Shown here one piece after another: positions 38,512 to 53,480 of a DNA stretch of 64,000 bases; position 1 is the first letter of the stretch, and each line of letters begins with the position of its first letter. Made by a program: the position numbers and the translations under genes. The notes beneath the pieces were generated by a model, which saw only the letters and a program-made list of their open reading frames with translations, did not search any database and was not told the origin of the DNA. The DNA comes from Octopus sinensis (lineage: Eukaryota): positions 14,384,001 to 14,448,000 of the forward strand of contig NC_043002.1 in NCBI RefSeq assembly GCF_006345805.1, written 5' to 3'.

Positions 38512-38836
38512 TAGTTGTATTTTTATAGCGTGCTTTCCCTTCACTACCGAGCACAGCTCTGTGTGCCCTGGGTATGTGTTGTGATTTGTTGTGATGCTCC
38601 GATGGTTACTGGATTGAAAATGATTTGCGTAGGATGTGTGCAGTGCCTAATAGTGCAACTTTCTGTATGTTATATGTGTTTGTAAGTCCTGGTGTTTTTG
38701 TTATGTATTTGTCTGAATATTTTTTTATCATACCTAATGCGCCTACTATGATAGGGATTGTTTCTGTTTTTATATTCCATATTCGAGTTACCTCTATTTC
38801 AAGGTCTTATTATTATTATTATTATTATCATTATTA

Positions 38837-38957
<121 letters not shown>

Positions 38958-38979
38958 CATCATTATTTTTAATATTATT

Positions 38980-39235
38980 GAGTGAGAAAGCAGTGCATGC
39001 TATCAAAGTGCCACTGGGGTAAAATATACTAAGCCCAATATACCCATCACAACTCCCCGTCAGATAATGGTGCACCAGGCACATGCATCACAACGATATG
39101 TGCGGGACATGGTGATCTCATATCAAAATAAACAGCGCATGAACTTGCAGATAGGGCAGAGTTAGAATTTTCTTCTGGTCGAGTAGCCCAACCCGCTCAA
39201 AATGTCCCTGAACAAGGGTTATTTAAGGATTTTGA
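38980..39235 (-). mobile_element. Family D retroposon, 5'-truncated
   Basis: Same gagtgaga.agcagt end; in (ATT)n. Confidence 0.75.
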
Positions 39236-39326
39236 ATTATTATTATCATTATTATTATTATTATTGTTGTTGTTGTTGTTATTATTATTATTATTATTAG
39301 GTAATAATTCATATGGTATAATTCAT

Positions 39327-39705
39327 AGGCGCAGGGGTGGCTCTGTGGTAAGTAGCTTGCTAACCAACCACACGGTTGCGGGTTCAGTCCCACTGCGTGG
39401 CATCTTGGGCAAGTGTTTTCTGCTATAGCCCCGGGCCGACCAATGCCTTGTGAGTGGATTTGGTAGACGGAAACTGAAAGAAGCCTGTCGTATATATGCA
39501 TATATATGTATATGTGTGTGTGTTTGTGTGTCTGTGTTTGTCCCCCTAGCATTGCTTGACAACCGATGCTGGTGTGTTTACGTCCCCGTTACTTAGCGGT
39601 TCGGCAAAAAAAAGTGACCGATAGAATAAGTACTAAAAGGCGGTGCTCCAGCATGGCCGCAGTCAAATGACTGAAACAAGTAAAAGAGTAAAAGAGTAAA
39701 GAGTA
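39327..39705 (+). mobile_element. SINE A, near full length
   Basis: Head, body and tail ggcggtgctccagcatggccgcagtcaaatgactgaaacaag. Confidence 0.88.
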
Positions 39706-40114
39706 TACACGTGGTAGGTTACCATTAAAGCCCGTTAACTTTCACAGTTTTCATTGGATATATAATTAATGAGAGAGACGGAAGTTGGAGGATACGAGAA
39801 TATTTGTTGATCTCTACAATTGTTTCGAGTCATCTAGCATCAATCTCTCACGTGTATTATATTTAACAACTGATGCGGGAGAGTCCGTCGGTGTAGATTT
39901 TTCTCTTCAGTTGATTATAAGATGTACCTCTTTTTATGCATCTGCTATTTATTATTAATCTTCTATAACAATAAAGCGGTATTCCTTAATTTGCTTCCTT
40001 AATTTCCTGTTTTGCTATATACAAACCTTGTATGTATTTGAAACTATTTACATGTGTAAACGTAATGTTTTAAAATTCAGATTTGTACACATAGCGATAT
40101 AATAGGGATATTTA

Positions 40115-40350
40115 AAGGCGGCGAGCTAGTAGAACCGTTAGCACGCCGGACGAAATGCGTAGCCGTATTTCGTCTGCCGTTACGTTCTGAGTTCAAATTC
40201 CGCCGAGGTCACCTTTGCCTTTCATCATTTTGGGGTCGATAAATTAAGTACCAGTTACGCACTGGGGTCAATTTAATCGACTTAATCCGTTTGTCTCTCC
40301 GTGTTTGTTCCCTTTATGTTTAGCCCCTTGTAGGTAATAAAGAAACAGAT
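40115..40350 (+). mobile_element. SINE B, full length
   Basis: 14-bp TSD aatagggatattta (40101-40114, 40353-40366). Confidence 0.9.
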
Positions 40351-41217
40351 ACAATAGGGATATTTACCATTTACGTTAAGAATAAACTTATTAAATCCAA
40401 TATAAGAACTAACTTATATATCAAATTTAAATAGTCACATCTCATTATGCCGTTTTAATCGAGCGAAAACTGACTGCTACTTCCAACTTGTTAATGTGTT
40501 ATTATTTCATTTCAGTTACAAGGTTGCAGAAAGTAATGCCGTATGTGGAACTCCTACTCAATTGGGGATGCTCTGTAAACCTCAACTGCCTTATAACTCG
40601 GGTTATTTTCAAAATTCCTCTCGATAGACCGAAGACACGTGTAAGAGAGCTAATATCGACCTGTGCGAGATGTTGTTGAAACCTTCCATTTGTTAGTGAA
40701 TTTCCTTGACTGCGTCAAGGGCAATAGCAATGTTTTAGGCAATCTCACACATGCTGAGTGCATCCTCGAATTTAAACACAATACACTTTCTTTAAAAACC
40801 AGACAACTCTCTTTATTGGCTCTTGAGCCACGGCCAGTTACTATAAACAACAAAATACCCAGTAATCTGAAAGGAAAACAGAAGTTTGCAGTTTCAAGTA
40901 GTCCTTACAGATAAACCAGCATAATGTATATATGTATATTCATATTCATAGATACGTGCATACATAAAACTCACCATTATGGAATAAAATTAGGATTTAA
41001 GCGTTAAATACAGTTTTCACGAGGGGAGGATGTGAACAGTGTCTCCATATTTCAACTGTGTTAGCTTGGTTGGGATGGAAAACATTAAACCTTTCTGGTT
41101 GTTTCAGAAGAGGCCGTGGCAGCATTGATGGCATGGTTTAATGGTGTTTATTCTGAAATATGTAAAAACACTTTAGTAAGCTGCTCGATGGAATCGGCAA
41201 AAGCAGTTATATTTATA

Positions 41218-41529
41218 TATTTTTTGCGCCCTTTTCAAGCTTAGCCAGGCTCATGTGCCCGGTTTCCCGGGTTCTGTGGTGTATGTGCCCCACCCCACCC
41301 CTCAGCTGGACGGGACGCCAGTCCATCGCAGCGTTACTCAGCAGGCAGAGAGAGAGAAAGTTGGGGCGAAAGAATACAACAGGGGTCGCCACCACTCCCT
41401 GTCGGAGTTCGTGGAGCTTTAGCTGGATTCGCTCAATAAACACACACACAACGTCCAGTCTGGGAATCGAAACCGCGATCCTCCGACCGCGAGTCCGCTG
41501 TGCTGACCACTAGGCCATTGCTCCTCCAC
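41218..41529 (-). mobile_element. tRNA-Arg-derived SINE with alternative 3' half
   Basis: Head as at 7358; TSD agttatatttata (41205-41217, 41530-41542). Confidence 0.85.
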
Positions 41530-42016
41530 AGTTATATTTATACTTATATTATTTCCTTAAATTTGTACTACGGTGTTACTGTGTTACATAGAAAAGAAGG
41601 CGAGTATATGGAAATGAAGGGAAAAGCAATAACATGTTGATAAGATAATTTAACGAGGAAATGTAAGGAAAATAAATGAATATAAGGTAAAAGAAGAGAA
41701 GAAGAAGACTATAGAGAAAGAGAAATGAATAAATAAATGAATCCAGTTCATGTGATAAGGTCAGAGCAAGATTAGCAGGTGGGTGTCTTAATATTTAAAA
41801 CTGGGATAAATGACAGGTGGGTATTAATTATTGATATTTTTATAGTATGTGCAGAATGATATTGTGTTATTTAGCTGGAAACATTTGCGTATATAAATAA
41901 AAGAGCCATTTAGAAAATATCACCATGAGCCTTCCGTTTCCAATGATATACGTCTTCGTATACATGTACAGAAGCAGATATACATGCATACACGCAAACG
42001 CATGCACACATATATA

Positions 42017-42900
42017 CACTGATGAGCAAAAGTTTACAACACGCAGTAAAGAAATCCAATATTTACATATATTGTGTTATAGGGGGTCAATGAAGTTTCT
42101 ACCATTTTTGAAGATTTTGAAATAAATTCAATGCAACAACCAGAATTACATAATAATGAACAGAAACTATGTTATATGGAAAACAATTTGAATTTCAAAA
42201 CGCAAACATTCTCAACACATCTATACAATGAGGTTAATATTTAGTTGCATAACCCTTGTTGATGATAAGAGCTTGCAGACGCTTCGAATATTCTCTTAGA
42301 TACTTTTTTTTTGCATATGATGGGGCTAATTTTTCCCCATTCTTTTCAATTCTTGTAAAGTACGCGTTTCTTTTTTGAACTCTTAGTTTCCATTATTTTC
42401 ATAAATTTTCGATTGGATTAAGGTCTAGGGATTGACTTGGTCATTCCACAATATTAATCCCATTTTTTTTGAGCCAGTTCCTTTTTCTCAGCTTTGCCGT
42501 GTGCTTTCAATTGTTATCCTGCTGAAAGGGCAATCCTTGTTCGAAGTTCAGCGAGAAAACGCTCGGTATTAAACATTTCTCTAAATTCTCCCTATTTTTT
42601 CGCCATCCATTTTTCCTCCGATTACTCCCATTCTTCCAACACCTGATGTACAGAAACAAGTCCATACCATTATTGCTCCACCTCCGTGCCGTTCTTTATA
42701 AAATTTCTACCGAAAAACTCAGTTTAACTTTCGTCAGACCAATCTATGTTTTCCCAATATGTTGCCGGTTAATTTAATTTTTTTTTTATAAAGGCCAAAA
42801 TAGCTTTCACAAGACGTTTCATAAGCTATGTTTACGAAGATCTTGACTAATTTGTTTATTTTTACCACGATTATTTGCTTATTTGTACAACATTGCTTTT
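42017..42900 (-). mobile_element. Tc1/mariner transposon relic (3' part and one TIR)
   Basis: TA-CACTGATGAGCAAAAGTT TIR at 42017; WENIDWSDES, HGGGAIMVW, FQQDN, PSQSLDLNPIENL on the - strand with stops and frameshifts. Confidence 0.85.
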
Positions 42901-42984
42901 GCTTCTGTCGCCTTCTACTACAAATCAAGGCTGACCGACACCTTGTGAGTGTATTTCGTAGACAAAAATTAAAGTAGCCAGTCG

Positions 42985-42986
42985 TA

Positions 42987-43079
<93 letters not shown>

Positions 43080-43088
43080 ATCTATCTT

Positions 43089-43126
<38 letters not shown>

Positions 43127-43260
43127 AGTCTGTCTGTCTGTCTGTCTGTCTCTCTATATATCATCTATCACTCTATCTATCTATCTATTAATCTATCTAT
43201 CTTTCTATCTATCTATTTATCTAGCTAGCTAGCTATCTATCCATCCATCCATCCATCTCT
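42985..43260. repeat. (ATCT)n/(GTCT)n/(ATCC)n compound microsatellite
   Basis: Direct inspection. Confidence 0.93.
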
Positions 43261-43842
43261 CCATCCATCCTTTCATCTATCCATATATGTATGTATGTAT
43301 GTATGTATGTATATCTGTGAATCCCCAGCACTTAAAAGCAAGTTTTGTTTCCTTTATGCCCTTATAAATTATCTGTAATCCAATGGATACCGATATAAGA
43401 AATGCGTATTTGGAGTTTATTTTTGTCTACAAGATCCCTTGATTGTAAGGCTCCAGAATGGGCGCAGTTCAATGACGGGAGTAAAAGAAAAAAGTGATTA
43501 TGTACACATATAATACATACATCAATACGCATGTATGTATGCATGTAAACAACTGAGTGTATTACAAGACTTTAGGTTAGTTGAATAAAGATTATGATAG
43601 AAAACTACAATTCTGCTTCATTATTACGTAAATCTCTCTCTATGCTGTTATTCAATACGCATTCGTGTGACCATGTGTGTTGTATCTATTTTATATCATA
43701 GACGTATAAGCCAAGATGCAGATCGAGATGCAGATCAATAAATGTTTCTGTTCAAACCGAATGGAGCGAATTTGAAATACATTTCATTGTTTCTGTTGTG
43801 TGGACATCCCCAGACGATGAAGCAGGCTAGCCCAATACGTAG

Positions 43843-44449
43843 GTATATATTTCTTTACTGCACACAAAGGGCTAAACATAGAGGGAACAAACAAGGACAG
43901 ACAAACGGGTTAAGTCGATTACATTGACCCCAGTGCGAAACTAGTACTTTATTTATCGACCGCGAAAGAATAAAAGGCAAAGTCGAACTCGGCAGAATTT
44001 GATCTCACAACGTAACGGCAGGCAAAATACCCATTTCTTTATTACCCACAAGCGGATAAACATAGAGGGAACAAACAAGGACAGACAAACGGATTAAGTC
44101 GATTACATCGACCCCAGTGCGAAACTGGTACTTTATTTATCGACCCCGAAAGGATGAAAGGCAAAGTCAACCTCGGCGGAATTTGAACTCAGAACGTAAC
44201 GACAGGCGAAATACCTATTTCTTTACTACCCACAAGGGGCTAAACATAGAGGGGACAAACAAAGACAGACATAGGTATTAAGTCGATTATATCGATCCCA
44301 GTGCGTAACTGGTACTTATTTAATCGACCCCGAAAGGATGAAAGGCAAAGTCGAACTCGGTGGAATTTGAACTCAGAGCGTAGCGGCAGACGAAATACCA
44401 CTAAGCATTTCGCCCGGTGCACTAACGTTTCTGCCAGCTCGCCGCCCTT
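43843..44449 (-). mobile_element. SINE B trimer with one flanking TSD
   Basis: Junctions 44032/3 and 44216/7; 12-bp TSD cccaatacgtag (43831-43842, 44450-44461). Confidence 0.9.
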
Positions 44450-44580
44450 CCCAATACGTAGACATAGAGGGAGAAGCCTAAACGTCAGTAGGCTAGTCAG
44501 AGTAGAGAAGAGTTGAGTAGTAGAGGCATCTGAACGTGTGACATAACAGTGGCGAGAGGATTTCGTAGCTCGCACAGCCA

Positions 44581-44814
44581 CTCTTTTACTCTTTTACTTA
44601 TTTCAGTCATTTGACTGCGACCATGCTGGAGCACCGCCTTTTTAGTCTAGCAAATCGACCCCAGGACTTATTCTTTGTAAGCCAAGTACTTATTCTATCG
44701 GTCTCTTTTTCCGAACCGCTAAGTAACGGGGACTTAAACACACCGGCATAGGTTGTCAAGCGATGTGGGGGGGGGGCAAACACAGACACACAAACACACA
44801 AACACATATATATA

Positions 44815-44846
<32 letters not shown>

Positions 44847-45003
44847 CGACAGGCTTCTCTCAGTTTCCGTCTACCAAATCCACTCACAAGGCTTTGGTCG
44901 GCCCGATGCTATAGTAGAAGACACCTGCCCAAAGTGCCACGCAGTGGGACTGAACCCGGAACCATGTGGTTGGTTAGCAAGCTACTTACCACACAGCCAC
45001 TCC
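44581..45003 (-). mobile_element. SINE A, full length
   Basis: Collinear with the 6365 copy. Confidence 0.88.
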
Positions 45004-45505
45004 TGTGTACTATCGCTACATAACAGCTTCCATACATCTGTTATATGTACACATCTGCTTTTATTTAAATTTATTCTTCAATACTGTCTCTCTTATAGTA
45101 CGTCGCATAATAATATATTAATAATATAGTCTATCATTTTTTCAGTGTTTAGACAATATCCGTCTGCTAATAAAGATTCTTTTTCAGCTAATTGATAGTG
45201 AAAACATCTGGCTTACTACATGCAGCTTACTTCTACGTATACCTGTGCATAATTCATGAGACTGCCCATAAATAACGATCTCATATTCAGCTATTACTTA
45301 ATATACAATTTACGTCCAATTGTGACTGAATAAAGAAAGCGATATTTCATACACACCTCATTCATCCGCCACAATCCATCTATACATACATACATACATA
45401 CATAGGTGCATGCATACATACATATGTACATATACACAGACATGCATTCATATATACATATACATATATATATATATATATTGTATATATATTATATATA
45501 TAAAT

Positions 45506-45542
<37 letters not shown>

Positions 45543-47059
45543 ATATATATATATGTATACATGTACGTATATATATATATATAGATACACACCAACTTTC
45601 TCACCTATATATATATATATTATATATAATATATATTATATATAATATATATATATTATACATGTACGTATATATATATATATATATATATACACACCAA
45701 CTTTCTCACCTATATATATATATAATATATATATATTATATATATATATATCTATATATATATATATATAATCTATATAATATATATATTATACATATAT
45801 TATATATATATATATATTATATATATATATTATATATATATTATATATATATATTATATATATATATTATATATATATAAATTTATATATATATATTAAA
45901 TGTATGTATCTATGTATTCTGTATGTCTTTTTGTACGTGTACATTTATGTATGTATATATGTATGTATGCACGTATGTATGTATGTATGTATGTATGTAT
46001 GTTTGTATGTATTCAGGTACGTATGTATGTATGTAGGTAGGTAAGTAAGTAGGGAGGTATTAATATGCGTCTAACAATCAGAGCCCTTCAATAAATCGTC
46101 TGATAATATAATTTGACAATTTAATATAGACAGAATATTACGAAGGACACAGTGGAACGTGTATGCAACATAATGTGCTGGCTTTTAACGGAATGCATGG
46201 ATTAATAAGTTTTATATTATAATCTCTTGAGAGAATATGCGAGTCTGACAATGGTTAGTACTAGTTGTCAGTCAGACAAATTACATATTTGCATTGTTGT
46301 TATTATTCCCATTCCCAGTTTCTGTTAATATACTGCTTTGTTTTACGATGCTCCGTGACAAACTATATACCAGATGCATTAGTTTTATTCATATCTGGAT
46401 GGACCGCCATATTGATGTGCTGCTAGGTAATCAGAATATGCTATTCTCTATGGTTGAGCAAATGCCTGCATATATTGCCAGGTAATCAGGATTACTGTAA
46501 AGTAGTACTATGGTCTCAATAACGTCATCTCTAAATTATTTTGAAATCGATACTGATTAAATTAAATCTGTAAGCAAGCCATACAGGTTTCCGGAAAATG
46601 CTTCAGACATTTATTGCACACATAAGCACAGACACGCACACACACACACATACACACACAAAGCTTGGAAGCTTGTCAAAGTTCACAACGCAGCAATTAA
46701 TGGACAGAACCGAACGACTAAATAGAGTTTTTAATTCGGCTATTTTGGGACACCAATTTGAAGAGTTTATTCAAAACAACGACCACGGTATTTATTTCTT
46801 AAACTTTTGGTTCTTATTCTTTGGGGGTCTTCCATTGAACCGATCCGTTGTCGAGCGGTGGAAGACGCAAATGCACAAAAAGAAAAAAAAAACACACAAT
46901 GTGCTTCTTCACAGTTTCTTTGTTACAAATTTACGAACAAAATATTGCCCAAGTTGCCAAGTAGTTGGACTGTACTCGAAACCATGACGGCACAACCCGA
47001 TTTTTTTTTTTTTTTTAGCTTGAAAGCCATTACCGCGCCTATGCATTCAACTATTGATA

Positions 47060-47780
47060 TCATGTATTTTCAGAATCATTAGCTCACCGTGCAAACTGCT
47101 TAGCGGCATTTCTTCCGGCTGTATGTTCTGAGTTCAAATTCCATCGGGGTCGACTATTCCTTCTATCCCTCCGGAGTCGATGAAATAAGTATCAGGTAAA
47201 TACTGGCATCATTGAAATCGACCTATAACACCCCTCCAAATTCGTGGCTGTGAGCCAAAATTTGAAATCGATATTTTGTATTTATACAAAGGCGACTTGT
47301 TGGCGGAGTCGTTAGTGCGCCAGAAAAAATGCTTAACGGAATTTCTTCCGACTGTACGTTCTGAGTACAAATTCCATGGGGGTCGACTTTCCCTTTTATT
47401 ATTTTGAGATCGATAAATTAAGTACCAGTTGAGCAGTGGGGTTGATGATATCGACTAACCTCTACTCAGAAATTACTGACCTTGTACTAAGATTTAAAAT
47501 TGATATCATGTATTAATACAAAGGCGGCCAGCTGGCAGGACTGTTTGATCGCCTTACAAAATGCTTAGCGACATTTAGCCCGTCTGCACGTTCTGAGCTC
47601 AAATTCTGCTAAGATATACTTTGCTTTTCCTTAAGACGGCGAGTTGGCGGAATCGTTAGCACATCGGGTAAAACTTATAGCAGATTCGTCTGTCTTTATG
47701 TTTTGTGTTCATAGTGTGAAGAGATCGACTTTGCCTTTCATACTTTCGGAGGCGATAACATAAAAGCCAGTTGAGTAGTG
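47060..47780 (+). mobile_element. Tandem run of about 4 older SINE B-related units (~230-bp period, different tail)
   Basis: Repeated gttctgagttcaaattcc..ggggtcga..aagtaccag; boundaries at tatacaaaggcg. Confidence 0.62.
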
Positions 47781-47896
47781 TGGGGTGGGGAATTGTGCTC
47801 CCAAATGCACAAGTATAAAATTATAATTGAGCGTGCATGTTTGTACATATATTAACGAGAGTCTTTATGCATTCTCATATATATATAATATATATT

Positions 47897-48430
<534 letters not shown>

Positions 48431-48757
48431 AAAAGAGATATGTGTGTGTGTGTGTGTGTGTGCGAGGGTGAAACAATTAAATTGAAATTTGTTTCAATTA
48501 AATATTATTTTCAAATAAAACGTATGTAGATATATATCTGTTTGTCTATCTATCTATCTATCTATTTATCTATCTTTTATATATACTTTTAAAGAAACTT
48601 GTATATTGTAAGAAGGATTAATAATTTGCTCTGCATATCTCGCATATATATATATATATATCTGTACCATTTAAAGTGTTTTGTCCATGCCTTTCGCTTC
48701 ACTCCCTATACTCTGTTTATATATTCTCAGTTTTCTTCTTCTTCTTCTTCTTCTTCT

Positions 48758-48789
<32 letters not shown>

Positions 48790-48790
48790 G

Positions 48791-48821
<31 letters not shown>

Positions 48822-49047
48822 ATACTTCTTCACCTCCTCCTCCTCCTATTCTCGTTTCCATACATTTAATGTACATGTGTTGGCATGTATATACATGTAT
48901 AAAAGCAAACTTTTACAAAGTAAGGTCTTCAGTCATTGTGTTCTGATGCAAAGTACCAAAATAATCGACTAAAAAACAATAAGTAATCATTTCTTCAATT
49001 CTTTTAAATATAAAACTTGGTATAAATGCATATGTACATGTATATAT

Positions 49048-49078
<31 letters not shown>

Positions 49079-49177
49079 GTAAGTATGTATGTATGTATGT
49101 ATGTATATAATATATATGTATGTTATATATATATATATGTTATGTATATATATATATGTATGTATATATATAATATG

Positions 49178-49215
<38 letters not shown>

Positions 49216-49273
49216 ATATATCTATAAATTTAATATATCACTCAATATTAATTGATATTTTGGTCAACTTTAT

Positions 49274-49304
<31 letters not shown>

Positions 49305-49504
49305 TATATACGTATACACTTAGAGAAGTATGCGTGGCGTTCGGTGATATAATATAAATACATGCATATATGGTACTCTCCCCAGGCACAACAGAATATA
49401 TATATATATAATATCATATAATACTATAAATAATATATATATATATATATATACACGCACACACACTCACACACACACACATACCCCCCACACACATATA
49501 TACA

Positions 49505-51225
49505 GTTCAGGTTTCATTAACGTAGAGGAGAGTGGAATTCACGACCGCTTGGTAGATACTCAGTTTTGTTTTCTGGTTCAGATCTCTGTTCTTTAAGACC
49601 CTTTTCGCGAATCGACCAAACGCGGTATCAGCCGCTCATAATCGGTCCTCTTCCATATTGTACTTATTCGAAAGCAAACTTCGTAAGTATGAAAAGTGAT
49701 TAACGTTCTCCAGTGATGTCGCCAAGATGGTAATGTTGAGGTATGGAACTTACTGATTTAGAACGGGTTGTGTCAGGATTTTTGTCCTTTTGACGTTGAC
49801 GTTTAAACCAAACTGAGTGTAAGCATTGGTGAAGTTATTCACCGTTTGTTGAAGCTGTTCACTGAAGTGGCAGACAGCTGCGTTGTAATCAGCATAAAAT
49901 GTTCTTTTGCTTCCTGGTCAGTCTTAGTAACTTCAATCTGGCAAGGTTGAAACATCCTCCACCATCGTATCAGTACCTAATTTTGACTCCAGTCTTGTCT
50001 AGAGGCAGTTCATGAAATATTGCTGCAAGGTAATGGGAGAAGAGTGTCGAAGTCAAAAGCAATCCTTGTTTGAATCCTCCAGTCATGGGAAAGTCCTAAG
50101 ACTCTTGACTTTGATAAAGAAGGGTTGCAGTCATACCGTCATATAATCCCTGTACTAGGGAAATGAACTGAACGGGACAGCCGAAACGCCAGAGGACATT
50201 CTAGATTGCAGGCTTTGGGACGGTATCAAAGGCCTTTTCGAGGTCGTAGAAAACAGAAGAGCGATTTTTGTTGGATTTTGTTGTTCTCTACTCTTTTCTT
50301 GTATTTGTGGAACATAAAATACCATGTTAGTTGTCCACTGGATGGTCGAAATCCACATTGTGATTCGGGTAGGACTTCCTACGCGATGGTTTGGAGACGA
50401 TACAGAAGGTGTCTTGTAGAGATATTTCCTGTAGTGGAAAGTAGTGAGATGCCACGATAGTTCTCACAGATCTTTCTATCTCATTTTTGAAGATGGTATT
50501 ATTTACAGCATCTTTGAAGTCTTTGAGAACATGGCAGTTCTTTCACATTCGGAGAATCACTGTGAACAGACTGATGTTTAATATTAGTCCACCAATTTTA
50601 GGAGTTCCACAGGGTTGTGGTCTGGGCCAGAAGTTTTCTGCTGTTTCATGCAAGTGAGAACATTCTGGTACTCTTCGTAAGATGGTTGCGTCTTCATCGA
50701 ATTGGATGCGTGGGTACGTTCTTCAAGAAATATTCCGCCACGTTGAAGTCTTGGTTCAGATGACATGAGAAGTGCTTTCTGCAGCGTTGAACGATATCCT
50801 GAGGGTCAGTCAGGATGGTGATGGAATCTACTAATTAAAGAGACCCTGTTGGTGATCTCACGGGCCAAACAGTTTTTCGTTCCTGCGCAGAAACGTCTGA
50901 GGTCACGGCCATGATCATATCTTTGGTATCTCTATCAATTATTTTTTTACTCACTTTTGTTTGGCATTGTCTTTTGAGGTCTTGATATATCTCCTTCTTG
51001 TGCCGCGATCTTGGATCCTGCACATGAGAGAGGTGGGCTTGCCGTTTTGCATCGATCAGCTGACTGATTTCTTGATCCTTTTCATGAAACCAGTCCTGAT
51101 TTCTCCTTTTACTGTACTCGAGGGTGTTTTCACCCACTTCAGTGATGGTTTTCCGAAATGCGCTCCATTCCTTTTCCATATCCTGCTGAACCTGTTGGAT
51201 TCCCAACGATCCTTCTCAAATCGTG
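49505..51225 (-). pseudogene. RTE-clade LINE fragment (linker and RT), heavily decayed
   Basis: WSAFRK..RRNQDWFHEKD, GPDHNPVELLK, FYADY..QLQQTVNNF..FGLNVNVKRTKILTQP, AFGRF..TKLSIYQAVV.STLLY. Confidence 0.82.
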
Positions 51226-52790
51226 CATACTAGCCTTTGCAAAACCATTGTAGCTTCTTTTGCAGAGCTGTTTTTGCAAGTGTTAAGCTCCCAGACAAAC
51301 TAAACTGAAGGAAGGGATAATATGCCCTATCCATAAATGAGGAAGCAGAGCAGGTGCTAAAAATTATAGGCATATCTCTCTGACCTCACACATCCGCAAA
51401 CTCATGGAACGGACAGTCAGCAAGAAACTAATTGCGTTCCTTAAAGAAAATGACTTTCATGACATCCAGCATGGATTTCGACCAGATAGATGCTGCCTAA
51501 CATAGCTCTTGCAACATTACAAATGGGTGTTAAAACAGATACTATAGCTTGACTTTGCCAAAGCCTTTGATAAATTCGACCATGGTATGATATGTCACAA
51601 ACTGCGTGATCTCGGCATAGTCGATGAACTGCACGACTTTCTAAAAGATAGACGCCAGGTAGTGATGGCCAATGGAGCCACTTCAGAGGAAACACAAACA
51701 GCAAGTGTTATTTCCCAGGGCACTATCTTAGGGCTACTGTTATTTATATAGGCCCTCTGAGACATACCATCAGCTGATGAGATAGCCACTCTTGCTAGCT
51801 ATGCAGATGACAGAAGTGTCTCTAAGAAATACAAAATCCTGGAAATATTGCACATCTACAACAGATGTTGGACACAATATACGAGTGGGCTGAGGACAAC
51901 AACATACAGTTTAATGCAGAAAAATTCCAAGACCTACGCTACAAGCACACAAAGCTAAACGACATGAAGACAGGATACACTGGCTCAAGAGGAATTGCAA
52001 TCTCCGAATCAAAATTAGCGTGTGACCAGGACATTAATATGAGCAATTATGCATCTTTCCAAGTGCATATTACCAATTTCGTAATAAAATGAAGACGGCT
52101 AGCTTGGGGGATCATCCTAAATATCAAAACAAGAGAATAGGAGACAATGATGGTCTTTGGAGGACATACATCCTCAGCCGCTTGGACTACTGCTTCCAAC
52201 TATAGTCACCACACAATATAAAATTGACAACGGAGCTCGAAGCAATCCAATGAGACTACGCACAGAAAATCGTCCCAATGCAACGTATCAGCTACTGGGA
52301 AAAACTGAAAGAATTTAAACTCTTCTCCTAAGAACGAAGGTGAGAAAGATATGCAGTGATATACACTTGGAAAATCGTGGAAGAACATTTGCAAAACTTT
52401 ATATTAAAAGTTACAAATATAACAGAACATAGCACCACTGCACAGTGCCAAAGATCCCGACAAATCCATCAAAATACCGGACCAGATACTGCAACATCTT
52501 GGGTTTCAATGACCTACATCAACTCAATATCCTTCCGAAATGTCTGAGAGACCTTCCTGGTGTGGAAGTAAATGTCTTCAAAACAAAACTGGATCTCTTC
52601 CTGTCAAGGGTTCCAGATGAGCCTATCTCATGTCAGGAAACCCGGATTAGGACAGCAGTATCAAACTCCCTCATTTACCAAATGCCACATATCGGACGCG
52701 CTTTCAAATAATGGTGTGGCTCTGTCAACCGTGGTGCCCCAGGATGATAGTATATTTGAAGCTGAAATAATTAGAGATTAAAGATTACAT
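51226..52790 (+). pseudogene. CR1-clade LINE, 5'-truncated and decayed
   Basis: NYRHISLTS, QHGFRP, LDFAKAFD, QGTILG, YADD (51800-51811), LDYCFQL, FKTKLDLFLSRVPDEP; 3' tail. Confidence 0.85.
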
Positions 52791-52807
52791 ATATATATAC
52801 ATACACA

Positions 52808-52882
<75 letters not shown>

Positions 52883-53423
52883 CTCTGCGTAATTTTGAGA
52901 TTACTAATGTTATCAATACTCACAAATAAAATACACACGGAGTTGTCCAAGTGACCTATATTCCGCTTAATAATCTGAATGGAGACAATACAAGCGGAAA
53001 CTAGAGGAACATAATTAATGACCACACTCAAAATCAAATATATACATATATTCTTCTACATTTATAAAAAGGATATAAAAATTCCAAATATATAAATATA
53101 AAAATATATAGAAATACATAAATATCGATATATAAAACTAAAAGTTTCTGCTTGTATTGCCACCATTCAGATTATTAAACGATATATATACATACATACA
53201 TACACACACATACATACATACATACATACATACATACAAACATACATACACACAAATACATACATACATACATATATACATACATACACACACACACATA
53301 CATACATACATACATACATACATACATACATACATACATACAATCATATATATATGTATATGTGGTGTGTGTGTGGATAAAAAATATATAGAAGAAAACA
53401 TACACACACAAACACATATTATA

Positions 53424-53480
<57 letters not shown>

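Noticed and set aside
39808-39915. Hammerhead candidate on - strand (CTGAAGA ... GAA ACAATTGT A)
   Set aside because: Core and palindromic stem III are present, but stem I does not pair and stem II is weak; at most a decayed relic.
46598-46987. 129-aa ORF
   Set aside because: Starts in a (CA)n tract, no recognisable motif.
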